A stretch of 38,086 nucleotides of DNA from an uncultured virus (IMG/VR IMGVR_UViG_2061766007_000513) (IMGVR_UViG_2061766007_000513), one strand, 5' to 3'; positions 9,301 to 18,112 are shown, counted from the first letter of the stretch. Notes: generated by a model from the sequence alone, not told the origin. Translations and numbers: made by a program.

Positions 9301-9534
9301 TCACCACATCCTCTCTGTTTCTCTCTCGGCACCCTTGCTCATAACAATGGTAATGCCTGTAGTTTCGTCTTTGGTCAGCATTTCCAATCTGCAAGGCGTT
9401 TCGCCCATTTCCATACCCTGTACGCTAACGATCATTGCATCATCATCCTTAAACGGATATATGCTTTTCATTTGTTTAACTATTGCATTAAACTCGGATA
9501 GCTTCATCCCGCCTAATCTTGTCATTTCTTCCAC
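9301..9534 (-). CDS. hypothetical protein
   Basis: Operon continuity. Confidence 0.5.
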   Translation of the reverse strand: MEEMTRLGGMKLSEFNAIVKQMKSIYPFKDDDAMIVSVQGMEMGETPCRLEMLTKDETTGITIVMSKGAERETERMW

Positions 9535-9707
9535 CTCTTTAAAAATTCATCAAAGTATTCAGGATCATCACCTGTCTTAGCTATACATTCCGAACAAACA
9601 TTCAGCATAGTTCTATCTTCAAGCTCAAAACCTACACCATTAGGTAAGCCGTTTTCATCATTTCCGGGAATAATCTCTTTCCCACACATATCACATTTAA
9701 TCTTCAT
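9522..9707 (-). CDS. small zinc-ribbon protein
   Basis: CDMCG...CSEC; AGGAGG RBS. Confidence 0.65.
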   Translation of the reverse strand: MKIKCDMCGKEIIPGNDENGLPNGVGFELEDRTMLNVCSECIAKTGDDPEYFDEFLKRWKK

Positions 9708-10005
9708 TTTTGTCCTCCTTAAAATTCACAAGGCGTTTCAGATAGCCATACCAACACATCATATCGGTTGCCTTATCAATCTCTCCAAGCCTCTTTGTAA
9801 TAGTGTTCTGCTTAATATCAAACCATTGCAAAAACAGGCGTTTAAAATCCTTATATCCATCTTCGCCCCACTTTAATAAGGCGTATGCCATCACATCAAA
9901 TACTATGGTACTTGCCTCATATGCCAAATCATTAACTGTCGGACTATCAACGTTTATCCTTAAAGTGTTATCCCTGTTCGTGTTGTCAACTTTAATGTCA
10001 ATCAT
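9697..10005 (-). CDS. hypothetical protein
   Basis: AGGAG RBS. Confidence 0.6.
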   Translation of the reverse strand: MIDIKVDNTNRDNTLRINVDSPTVNDLAYEASTIVFDVMAYALLKWGEDGYKDFKRLFLQWFDIKQNTITKRLGEIDKATDMMCWYGYLKRLVNFKEDKNED

Positions 10006-10008
10006 GTC

Positions 10009-10299
10009 TTATCTCCTTATCTCTAAAATGTGATATTCCCAATTCAATTCTTTTGTGTCAATCGGTTTATACCCCACCTGTAATGTTGCTTCTTTAAACT
10101 GATTGTTAGTAACATAAACAGCTATTTCATCATCCATAAGATGTTTAAGTGCATAGCTTGTTCTTCGTTCAATTCTCTTGCCCCTATGTTTCTTAATGTC
10201 ATAGGGGATAAAGTTTTTTATTATCCATTCTGCGACTTTGTTTTGCTCTTTCTTCGGCAAATCAACAAACTTTTCATTGTCGGTATATTTCCCAATCAT
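10009..10299 (-). CDS. conserved phage hypothetical protein
   Basis: TSY.LKH...YVTN.QFKEA...GY motif; GGGAG RBS. Confidence 0.6.
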   Translation of the reverse strand: MIGKYTDNEKFVDLPKKEQNKVAEWIIKNFIPYDIKKHRGKRIERRTSYALKHLMDDEIAVYVTNNQFKEATLQVGYKPIDTKELNWEYHILEIRR

Positions 10300-10548
10300 A
10301 TTCTCCCTTCCCGGCGGATAGCCTTTTATTGACTACCCGCCTNNNNNNNNNNTTTCCTCGGCTTTCGCCGTAAGGATCACTCCATATCAATTTCTTCTGG
10401 CATAGGAATCCAGATTCCTGTTTCCTCAGCCATGGTCTGTTGTATGTCTTTCCAAGAAACATAATTTTTCACAAGGCTTTCAGCTCTGGAATTAAANNNN
10501 NNNNNNCTGTTTGCGTTAGGCGGGACGTTACTTTATTGCCGAAAGTCA

Positions 10549-11094
10549 TTAGACTTTAGGTACAAATGTTATTGTTTTGTCTGTTGGTTGTTTCCGTTTT
10601 CCATGTAAAATTTCTGACACCCGATTTATGTGCATATTTTCATTCTCGCATAATTCTGATAGCGATTCATATTCTCGATAATCTCCATCTTTGTATGTTA
10701 TAGCCACCTTTTTAGCTCGCCGTTTTACACTAAATTTCCAAAAAGGAAAATGGCTGCCTGAACCTCCTCTATGCAATTTTTTCATTGTGTTAGGGTTTTG
10801 CATTTGTTCTTTACTTGTAGCCCATCTAAGATTTTCTACTCGGTTATCGTCCTTGATTCCGTTAATATGGTCTACTGTTGGTTTGTTTTCAGGATTATTT
10901 AAAAAAGCAATAGCAACCAATCTATGTGCTTTAACTGTACGGGGTCTTTTTTCTGAATATAAATTGTAATATAAATAGCCTAATCTATCTTTTTTCGCTT
11001 TTATAATATGCCCGGTTATTTTATTTTTAACACGCCCGACACTTGAAACCTCATATTGTTCTGGATATACAGGACTATCTTTCCATAATTCCAT
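10549..11094 (-). CDS. NUMOD4-HNH homing endonuclease
   Basis: ELWKD...YEVSSVGRV; HRLVAIAF...VDHING.KDDNRVENL. Confidence 0.9.
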   Translation of the reverse strand: MELWKDSPVYPEQYEVSSVGRVKNKITGHIIKAKKDRLGYLYYNLYSEKRPRTVKAHRLVAIAFLNNPENKPTVDHINGIKDDNRVENLRWATSKEQMQNPNTMKKLHRGGSGSHFPFWKFSVKRRAKKVAITYKDGDYREYESLSELCENENMHINRVSEILHGKRKQPTDKTITFVPKV

Positions 11095-11119
11095 GTGTTC
11101 ACCCCCTTAGGTGTTGGAT

Positions 11120-12766
11120 TCATAAGTATTGTTTGTAATCTCCATTTTCCCCAAAATGTCTTTCTGCTACAGCCATAGGAAATTTCTCTATCTCACTTGA
11201 CCAAACAGGCTTTATGCCACTTCTTGTTGCACACAAAGGAAATCCAGAAATACCATCAAAAAGACTTGCCATAGTAGGATTATCATAACCGTCTTTCTTT
11301 AACTGCTTTGCGATTCTATCCATAAGCCACTGCCAAAATGGTAACGCTATGCTGTTTCCGGCTGCTTTATATTTCGGAGCGTCAGAATCCTTATGCAATT
11401 TGCCTTTGCTATCCGTCCATTCTCCAATATCCATCCATCCGTCCGGATAACCCTGCAGGCGGCCACACTCAAACGGGGTCATTCGTCTTACAACGGTGCT
11501 GAACACCGCACCCGGACCTTTGGCTGTCATGGAACCGATTTTCTCCTCTTCGATGCTGAAATCGTACTTGGCATTCTTACCTTGGTTATAGGATGCACGA
11601 TCAAGTCCATAAGAAACAACAGCAACCCCACCCTGATTACAAGCCGGACTACCACCATTAAGGTCAAGCGTTCTGGAAGTGTCAGCCTCATACACTCCCG
11701 AATGTGGATTTGGGGATTTCATAGCGTTACTGTCATAAGAAGAAATACCATAAGCTACGGCGTGTTGTTCGACAGTATTTAAGGTATACATGGTATCTGA
11801 TTCTTTATATCCATCACCTTTATGTGATTCTCTTACTCCATTACCTTCTATACAAACAACGGATTGCGGATCGTTATTGTCCTTAATCGAATCATCAGGT
11901 TCAACACATACACAAGGTACATGATGTGGGTCAGTAGCGGCCCCCGTTATTGACATTGCAACGTCACCCGTAGCGGTTTGATTATATAAATCAACTCCAA
12001 TAACTGACGGACCCGAATGTGTAGGACTATTCCCACTCGATGCGTTTAATGTCGCTGCCGTTTCCCCTGTTATAGTTTGGTTATACAAATCACAACCAAC
12101 TACGGCAACCCCACCATGATTACTGTCAGGCTTTTCACCGCCTGTATCTAATGCTCTCGATCTGTCTGTTTCGTAGCAATGCGCTCTCTGATTTTTTGTA
12201 CCCTCAGACGAAATGCGCACATCATAGGTCTTTATGCCCCCCCCCGATTGCTTCTCTAAGGCTATTCTCAGAAGTTCCGGCAGTTCCTTGCCACGTTTCT
12301 TCGCCCGGTTCAGTATTCCCTGACAAGCCTTTGCCGACAACCTGTATTTCGGGTCTGGATTGCTCTCTAATATCTGTGACAATTTTGTAGGATTCGGGAT
12401 CATTGGTTTCTCCGAGCAATTCAAATAGAATTTCTGGGGCTGTGTGTCCTCCGTAGTCAGCAAGTACACATATGCGTTTTCTTCTTTGTGGGACACCCCA
12501 GAACTGTGCGTCATGCACTCTCCAAGCAACGCTATATCCGTCACCCATGATACATCCGGCATTAGCCCATTTCTGTCCTTTTGCAAGTTGAGGAACATAG
12601 GCGTTTTCGTCAGCCACCTTACAGGTTTCTTCAAGCACGGCTCTGAAATCTTCTCCGTTGTTTGAACTAAAGGCTCCGCACACGTTTTCCCAAACAGTGT
12701 ATCGTGGCTGTATATGTCGAAGATCGACAACTGATTGTCGCATTGATAATTGTTTTTTAGATTCAT
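11120..12766 (-). CDS. C5-cytosine methyltransferase chain B: EcoHK31I-beta-like segment, variable/TRD region, motifs IX-X, then motifs I-II
   Basis: LSQILE..PDPKY.LS.KACQGIL.RA..RGKELP; RRMTPFEC.RLQG.PD; YKAAGNS; C-terminal SLFDGISGF...SEIE; own AAGGAG RBS inside chain A. Confidence 0.85.
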   Translation of the reverse strand: MNLKNNYQCDNQLSIFDIYSHDTLFGKTCAEPLVQTTEKISEPCLKKPVRWLTKTPMFLNLQKDRNGLMPDVSWVTDIALLGECMTHSSGVSHKEENAYVYLLTTEDTQPQKFYLNCSEKPMIPNPTKLSQILESNPDPKYRLSAKACQGILNRAKKRGKELPELLRIALEKQSGGGIKTYDVRISSEGTKNQRAHCYETDRSRALDTGGEKPDSNHGGVAVVGCDLYNQTITGETAATLNASSGNSPTHSGPSVIGVDLYNQTATGDVAMSITGAATDPHHVPCVCVEPDDSIKDNNDPQSVVCIEGNGVRESHKGDGYKESDTMYTLNTVEQHAVAYGISSYDSNAMKSPNPHSGVYEADTSRTLDLNGGSPACNQGGVAVVSYGLDRASYNQGKNAKYDFSIEEEKIGSMTAKGPGAVFSTVVRRMTPFECGRLQGYPDGWMDIGEWTDSKGKLHKDSDAPKYKAAGNSIALPFWQWLMDRIAKQLKKDGYDNPTMASLFDGISGFPLCATRSGIKPVWSSEIEKFPMAVAERHFGENGDYKQYL

Positions 12767-12965
12767 TTCTCTGCTCCTTAATTATTCGTATCTGTTCCAT
12801 AAACAGACCTGATCTTGTGGTTTCATCATCACCCATTTCTGAATGTTTAAGACCTGCTCTCTTACCTGCCACGGACAAATCCTGACAGGGACTACCGCCG
12901 GTTATCACATCAACTAAAGGTACTTCATAACCCTTTATCTGGCATATATCTCCATAATTTTTCAT
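12222..12965 (-). CDS. C5-cytosine methyltransferase chain A (motifs III-VIII, catalytic Cys)
   Basis: GDI, GGSPCQDLS, RSGLF, WENV, GVPQRRKR; lacks N-terminal motif I. Confidence 0.88.
   Translation of the reverse strand: MKNYGDICQIKGYEVPLVDVITGGSPCQDLSVAGKRAGLKHSEMGDDETTRSGLFMEQIRIIKEQRNESKKQLSMRQSVVDLRHIQPRYTVWENVCGAFSSNNGEDFRAVLEETCKVADENAYVPQLAKGQKWANAGCIMGDGYSVAWRVHDAQFWGVPQRRKRICVLADYGGHTAPEILFELLGETNDPESYKIVTDIREQSRPEIQVVGKGLSGNTEPGEETWQGTAGTSENSLREAIGGGHKDL
12237..12245 (-). repeat. G9 homopolymer at the junction of the two methyltransferase frames
   Basis: Nine C on the plus strand; minus strand AATC-G9-CATAA. Confidence 0.9.
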
Positions 12966-12977
12966 ATCAATTTCCCC

Positions 12978-13370
12978 TTATTCTGCATCAAATCCGTCCG
13001 GCATAGGAATCCAGATTCCTGTTTCATCTGCCATGGTCTGTTGTATATCTTTCCAAGAAACATAATTTTTCACAAGGCTTTCAGCTCTGGAATTAAACAG
13101 ATTTATAAACTCATTCAGTTCCTTTTCGTCAAAACCGAAAGCATCATGTATGCAATAAATACTTATAAGCAACATACTCTTGATTATGTTTGCCTTTTCG
13201 TTTTGCTCAAACTTATGCAAATCTGATTTCTTAACGGCTAACGGCATATTCCTTGCACCACGATTAATCAGGTCTTTTTCGGCTTCTTCAATACCAACTG
13301 CCTTGATCTTATCCAATATCCAATTAGCACCCTGATACCGGGCCAATTCTTCTTTTGATAACTTGCTCAT
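12978..13370 (-). CDS. conserved phage hypothetical protein
   Basis: IHDAFGF...F...F...W.D....ETGI pattern; operon coupling. Confidence 0.7.
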   Translation of the reverse strand: MSKLSKEELARYQGANWILDKIKAVGIEEAEKDLINRGARNMPLAVKKSDLHKFEQNEKANIIKSMLLISIYCIHDAFGFDEKELNEFINLFNSRAESLVKNYVSWKDIQQTMADETGIWIPMPDGFDAE

Positions 13371-13612
13371 GTAGTAGCTGCCCCCTCATAGATATTCCCG
13401 ATAAGATAATACTTATCGAACAAAACGGGCTGTCCCCATCTGTTCATTTTCTTTACTTTTTCTTTCTTAAAGATATAGCCACGCTCTTTTAACTCAAAAA
13501 TCCTTGTGGCAAGCTGCATGATTCCTAATTCGCTATATGCCTGCCAAGATGTTATGTAACCAAATTCCTGAAAATACTTTAAAAGCCTGTCTTTCTGTGT
13601 GACCCTTGCCAT
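13367..13612 (-). CDS. winged helix-turn-helix protein (HTH_39-like)
   Basis: TQK.RLL.Y...G.IT..QA...LGI..LATRI.ELK..GY. Confidence 0.75.
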   Translation of the reverse strand: MARVTQKDRLLKYFQEFGYITSWQAYSELGIMQLATRIFELKERGYIFKKEKVKKMNRWGQPVLFDKYYLIGNIYEGAATT

Positions 13613-13626
13613 AACTTGAACCTCCT

Positions 13627-14469
13627 TTACATTAATCCTACTTTTTTCAGCAGACCTATCTTATTTGCTCTGGTTTCCTTTGACCTAACACATATCTCCG
13701 GCAAGTGCATAGGCATACACATTTTGTTAATCCTGTCCTTAATACGTTCCTCAAAAGGTATTTCTTCAACAGGCATATTTGCCGTTATGATCGTTAGCCT
13801 GTTATGTATCATTCGATAATCAAGCAACTTGTATAAAATGTCCGCCAACCAATCATTGCCTAAATTTTTNNNNNNNNNNNNNNNNNNNNNNNNNNNNNNN
13901 NNCATGGGATTTCTCTTATATTCATCAAATGAGTTCTTATCGCCCGAATTTGATATATCTATAAGGTCTGACGCATTAACAAAACGGGTTTTGATTGCTC
14001 TTGTACTCATAAGTTCGTTACATATACAACTTGCAAGGAATGTCTTGCCTGATCCTTTTGTCCGGCTATAGATAAATAAGCCCATACAGTTTTCTTCCCA
14101 TGTTTCAAACTGTGTAATAAAAGAGTTAATACCGTTTTTTATGTTCGCAGTATCAACTAATTGCCCGTTATCGCCAACATAAACGTTCCAATCAAACGCA
14201 TCCATACGTTTGTCATAGAATGTATGCGGGATTCCAGAAAACTTCTTTGCCTCTTTAACATTTTCAGCAAATCCACCATTACAATACGGACACTTCTTAC
14301 TTACCCATATGTTAAAATCTTTAGTTCCATAAATATGATCTAAGCCATTTTCTTTGGCATATTCGGAGGCTTTTTGCTCAAAAGCAAACATTCCTGTACC
14401 ATGGCAATATTCACATTTAGGTGAATCCGATTTCGTTTGATTGCCTGATTGCTTCTCGTTGTCGCTCAT
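13627..14469 (-). CDS. DnaC/IstB-like ATPase (helicase loader)
   Basis: N-terminal CxxC...CxxC; Walker A KGSGKT; TIITAN...RI.DRI. Confidence 0.85.
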   Translation of the reverse strand: MSDNEKQSGNQTKSDSPKCEYCHGTGMFAFEQKASEYAKENGLDHIYGTKDFNIWVSKKCPYCNGGFAENVKEAKKFSGIPHTFYDKRMDAFDWNVYVGDNGQLVDTANIKNGINSFITQFETWEENCMGLFIYSRTKGSGKTFLASCICNELMSTRAIKTRFVNASDLIDISNSGDKNSFDEYKRNPMXXXXXXXXXXXKNLGNDWLADILYKLLDYRMIHNRLTIITANMPVEEIPFEERIKDRINKMCMPMHLPEICVRSKETRANKIGLLKKVGLM

Positions 14470-15256
14470 TTATTTCTTCAACCTCTCTTTTACGTTTTTG
14501 CTTTTCGTCCTCTACGTTGTTAAGGTATGTTTCAAACTTTCCGCAGAAAAGAGTTTCGGGTCTGATATACTGTTTCATTTTCACATCATCACCCCAAGCG
14601 TTGACCTGATTATCGATAACAGTTTTAAAATCCGTTACTGTAAACCCGTCTTTTAACCTTGCAATGATATGATCTCTATGAGCTTTTGTTTTCCCAGTAT
14701 ATCGCTTTCCTGTTTTAAAGTTTAAGTAATCCACAATCTCATTAATTTCTTTAGAGTATGTATCTACTACTTTAGTATCTGTATTATTATTAATTAATAT
14801 ATTAGTATTAGTATTAGATGTATCAGTACATATTGTACCGATACATGTTGTATCGATACCGTATCTAACATCTTCACCGTTAAACAATTTAATAAGATAT
14901 TCCTTGAATTTCGGAAATTTAACCTTATTGATTTCACTCTCTAACGGTTTCCTGTACTTATCCGAAGAAGTCCAATTATATTTATGCCAATTTGCAAGCA
15001 AGACCTCTTTAGTGCTGTTTGAATAAAACGCAACCTTGTGTATTTCCGAAAATCTTTTCAGCAGACGTTCAACAGAATCTTTGCTATAGCCTGTTTCATT
15101 TGACATTTGACTTATGCCTACTTCATAACAACCTGCTAAGTTTGTATGAGGATTTGTAAACAGGTATAAGTAGAAATACCGATCTTCCGGCGTAAATTCA
15201 TCAGCAATTTTCGTGTCCGTCCAGAATGACAACGAAATAGTCCTATATAATGCCAT
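14417..15256 (-). CDS. phage replication initiator
   Basis: N-terminal FW.D...PED.YFYLYL.TNP; C-terminal conserved phage domain YLN.KTG...ARL..G...YIRPETLF..KFE.YLN. Confidence 0.88.
   Translation of the reverse strand: MALYRTISLSFWTDTKIADEFTPEDRYFYLYLFTNPHTNLAGCYEVGISQMSNETGYSKDSVERLLKRFSEIHKVAFYSNSTKEVLLANWHKYNWTSSDKYRKPLESEINKVKFPKFKEYLIKLFNGEDVRYGIDTTCIGTICTDTSNTNTNILINNNTDTKVVDTYSKEINEIVDYLNFKTGKRYTGKTKAHRDHIIARLKDGFTVTDFKTVIDNQVNAWGDDVKMKQYIRPETLFCGKFETYLNNVEDEKQKRKREVEEINERQREAIRQSNEIGFT
14755..14868. other. probable replication origin inside the initiator gene
   Basis: Clustered GTATC/GATAC iteron-like repeats around an AT-rich tract with repeated ATTAG(T). Confidence 0.5.
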
Positions 15257-15258
15257 CT

Positions 15259-15783
15259 TTAACCACCCTCTTTTCCCTGTAACAAATCTATAATCAGTTT
15301 TGCCGATTCATCCGGCTTGCAGAAAAGGAACTTACAGCCGTATCGTTCTTCCATAGTGTGACAAATCTTCGCAAGCTGAGTACCGGGCATTGCTTTCGGA
15401 TAAACAGGCTTGCCATTTTTCTTGATGTAAAGCCGTGGATTATGCCAATTATTAAGATCATCAATACATCTGACCGTTGCGTTCCAGACAGTTTTGCGAT
15501 AGTCAACATACCTGCCTTCGTTTTCGACTACGATATACAACTTAATTCCGGCTTCTTTACTGCGTAAAAGTTCATCACGAAACCTAACATGGTCGGTCTG
15601 TACGTCTTGAATCAACTCGCCAATATCTTTTTTGGTGTCTATACAAACGCTTTGATTAGTTGGTAACGTATAATCACCTGCGTACAATCGACACCTGCGT
15701 ATCTCTATCCCGTGTTTCTCAAACCATTCATGCTTTAAATCATGTTTTCCCGCTTGCTGCCGAGTATCTTCAAGAAGGAGCAT
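15259..15783 (-). CDS. ERCC4-domain nuclease (putative resolvase)
   Basis: EDTRQQ...L.AGDY...IDTKKD..EL...RF..EL.R. Confidence 0.8.
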   Translation of the reverse strand: MLLLEDTRQQAGKHDLKHEWFEKHGIEIRRCRLYAGDYTLPTNQSVCIDTKKDIGELIQDVQTDHVRFRDELLRSKEAGIKLYIVVENEGRYVDYRKTVWNATVRCIDDLNNWHNPRLYIKKNGKPVYPKAMPGTQLAKICHTMEERYGCKFLFCKPDESAKLIIDLLQGKEGG

Positions 15784-16316
15784 TATTTCTTCCCCCCTTT
15801 ACGTCTTTTACCTAAATGTATTTTGTGAAATGGGCTATTTAAAACTTTCTCAATAATGGAATCGTAATCATAGTTACCTTTTTTCTCATATCGAATTATG
15901 GTTTTTGGGGATATGCCTGTTCTTTCCCATAATTCAGTTAAAGTTATTTTCTCACCTTTGTAAGTAATAAAATGATTAGTCCTTCTATTAAAACATTGTT
16001 CTCTTTTCGTGACCCAAGTACAATTTTCAGGGCAATAATTTCCATTAACATCTATACGTTCAATGGTTAAATCATCTGTGTAACCATGTGCTTTAGCCCA
16101 TTTAGAGAAGTCAACATAATTTTCCCAACGTTCATCAATAGTTATCCCACGTTGACCATAATCCTTATAGAACTTGTCTTTTGGGTTATAACACCTATCT
16201 TTCATATCAGCATAGATTTGATACAATCTTGTTTTTGATTCCCCATGTTTAATCAACCAAGGTCTTTCAGTACAATGGTTTGCCCGTGATTTTTTTGTTT
16301 TTTCTTCAAGTATCAT
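15783..16316 (-). CDS. HNH-like homing endonuclease
   Basis: KHGES.TRLY...MK.RCYN...YG.RGI...LTIERIDVNGNYCPENC.W. Confidence 0.82.
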   Translation of the reverse strand: MILEEKTKKSRANHCTERPWLIKHGESKTRLYQIYADMKDRCYNPKDKFYKDYGQRGITIDERWENYVDFSKWAKAHGYTDDLTIERIDVNGNYCPENCTWVTKREQCFNRRTNHFITYKGEKITLTELWERTGISPKTIIRYEKKGNYDYDSIIEKVLNSPFHKIHLGKRRKGGKK

Positions 16317-16432
16317 GTCTAACTGTCCTCATATATGCCCCTGTAACGCACCACAATAGGGCAAATTTCGATTTTCTGATTGAAGTGGTACATTTTATCG
16401 TCTGAACAAATATAACGTCTTAAAACGTCATA

Positions 16433-16852
16433 TTAAGCGTTAGGACTTTCGGTAACAAATTCAGCTCCTTCAAGTCCAGACAGGTCCACATTTGATGTGA
16501 TGTAACTGGAAGTATCGGGATCACCTTCTTCATACTTCCCATCCGCAATTTCAACTCTTGATACATCAATATGAGGTCTATAAAAAATACCACCTTTTTT
16601 GCTCTGGATAGGCGGGTTTTTCAGTNNNNNNNNNNNNNNNNNNNNNNNNCCTTTAGTCAGAAACTTCTGGCAAAATTCAGCTTGTTTCCCATAGGTTTTC
16701 AACCAAAAAAAGTCCGTAGAATCCTCTTTTGTGGTGTAATCATCTTTAACAGCTATCCCAAAATCACAAAATATATACTTTTTATCCCCTACTTCCATTT
16801 TTGATGTTCTCGGGTCCGTTGATGTATATCCAGATAAGGTTATATGATTCAT
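16433..16852 (-). CDS. ssb: single-stranded DNA-binding protein
   Basis: MN...L.G....DP...F.IAV...TDFF....YGKQAEF...L.K OB fold with acidic tail. Confidence 0.8.
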   Translation of the reverse strand: MNHITLSGYTSTDPRTSKMEVGDKKYIFCDFGIAVKDDYTTKEDSTDFFWLKTYGKQAEFCQKFLTKXXXXXXXXXLKNPPIQSKKGGIFYRPHIDVSRVEIADGKYEEGDPDTSSYITSNVDLSGLEGAEFVTESPNA

Positions 16853-17561
16853 AACTCGTAGATTATCCCCCTTCTTGCAACGCTTACATTTGCAGCCGTA
16901 ACCTTGCTGATTTCATTCTTGAATATCTGTTCATCCGAATTACTTTCGCTCATATGACAGATAATCACATTCTTTAAGGTCTTTTTCCTGTCGCTCACTT
17001 TTATAAATTCAACCCCGGTATCAAGGCTCATGTGTCCGTTAAGAATATGTCTTTTCTTTGTTTCTTCCTCGTTCTCAATTTTGGAATCCATATAATTGAT
17101 ACCTAAAAGTAAAGTGTCTAATTCCGGGAATCGGTATTTGCAAAATACGCAATCGGTCATGTAGACCATTTTTAACGGCTCAACATCACTTGTTATAAAA
17201 AATCCGTAAATAGGACACTCTGAACCATCACCGTTTGAATGAACAAACTTGCCATCTGAATCCGTCAAGGCAAAATACCTGACTACAAAACCCTTTAGAT
17301 AATCAGATTTTGGCTTTTCTAAATAAGGGGCTACTATTGGTATTCCCATCTTCTCTAAGTCCCTTGCTGCTAACGCATGGTCAAGCGTTAAAGATGTGAG
17401 TGCGTTACAAGGCAACCGACTATTTTTGATACCTGAAAATCTATTCCGACTTTGATTTCCTTTATGGAAATACCACAATCAAGCAGTAGGATATGACCGT
17501 CATTATCTTTTAATGCGTAACAGTTCCCTTTTGACCCTGTACCCAAACACTTCACATTCAT
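16849..17561 (-). CDS. MBL-fold metallo-hydrolase/nuclease, split by an 8-nt gap at 17390-17383 (recoded or pseudogene)
   Basis: ATG 17561 gives MNVKCLGTGSKGNCY...LLLDCG...CLVTHSHL*; resumes as DHALAARD...VHS...YMTD...GHMS...CHMS in the 16849..17478 frame; the joined product is 234 aa with intact THSHLDH. Confidence 0.85.
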
Positions 17562-18112
17562 TTGACCACCCCCTTTTCTTTATATTTCCAGACAAAACCA
17601 CCCGCCTGTTTGCGAATTGAACCTTGGGCATTATATGGTTCTCTATTTGCAACTTGATTAATATTTCTTGAACATACGCCTGTCACCTTTTCTGCTTCTT
17701 TGGCATTTATGTGTTCTTGAATAAACTTTCCGCCTAATGCAAACTGCATTATGTGTTTTTGACCAAAGCGATTCTTGTTTACCATAGCCTCATAAACAGC
17801 AGGATTATTAGCGGTCATAGACATATGTTCTTTTGCCGTTAGTGCTTGTAAATTTGAGATTACATTGTTCTGTTTATTCCCATCAATATGATGCACATGA
17901 TACCCTTTAGGGATTTCCCCAATAAATGCCTCATATACGCATCTATGGATTCTTACAGTTTCCCATTTGCCATCTTTGAATAAGCGGTAAGTTAAATACC
18001 ATCCTTTAGAATTTGTAACTTTTACCCGCTTTTTATGATGCCGAATATGCCCTAAGTTGGAAACTTCATACAAACCCTCATAACCTTTAATCCATTTCCA
18101 TTGTTCTTTCAT
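17558..18112 (-). CDS. NUMOD4-HNH homing endonuclease
   Basis: EQWKWIKGYEGLYEVSNLG; IHR.V..AF...VHHIDGNKQNN..SNL; stop overlaps the MBL start (ATGA). Confidence 0.9.
   Translation of the reverse strand: MKEQWKWIKGYEGLYEVSNLGHIRHHKKRVKVTNSKGWYLTYRLFKDGKWETVRIHRCVYEAFIGEIPKGYHVHHIDGNKQNNVISNLQALTAKEHMSMTANNPAVYEAMVNKNRFGQKHIMQFALGGKFIQEHINAKEAEKVTGVCSRNINQVANREPYNAQGSIRKQAGGFVWKYKEKGVVK

Noticed and set aside
10353..10378. CCTTACGGC-GAAA-GCCGAGG GNRA hairpin as a ribozyme or IS end
   Set aside because: Too short, truncated by a gap, and equally explained as the start of a coding sequence.
17383..17478. ORF-track start (MWYFHKG...) for the MBL gene
   Set aside because: These residues are off-frame; the true MBL N-terminus is in the frame starting at 17561.
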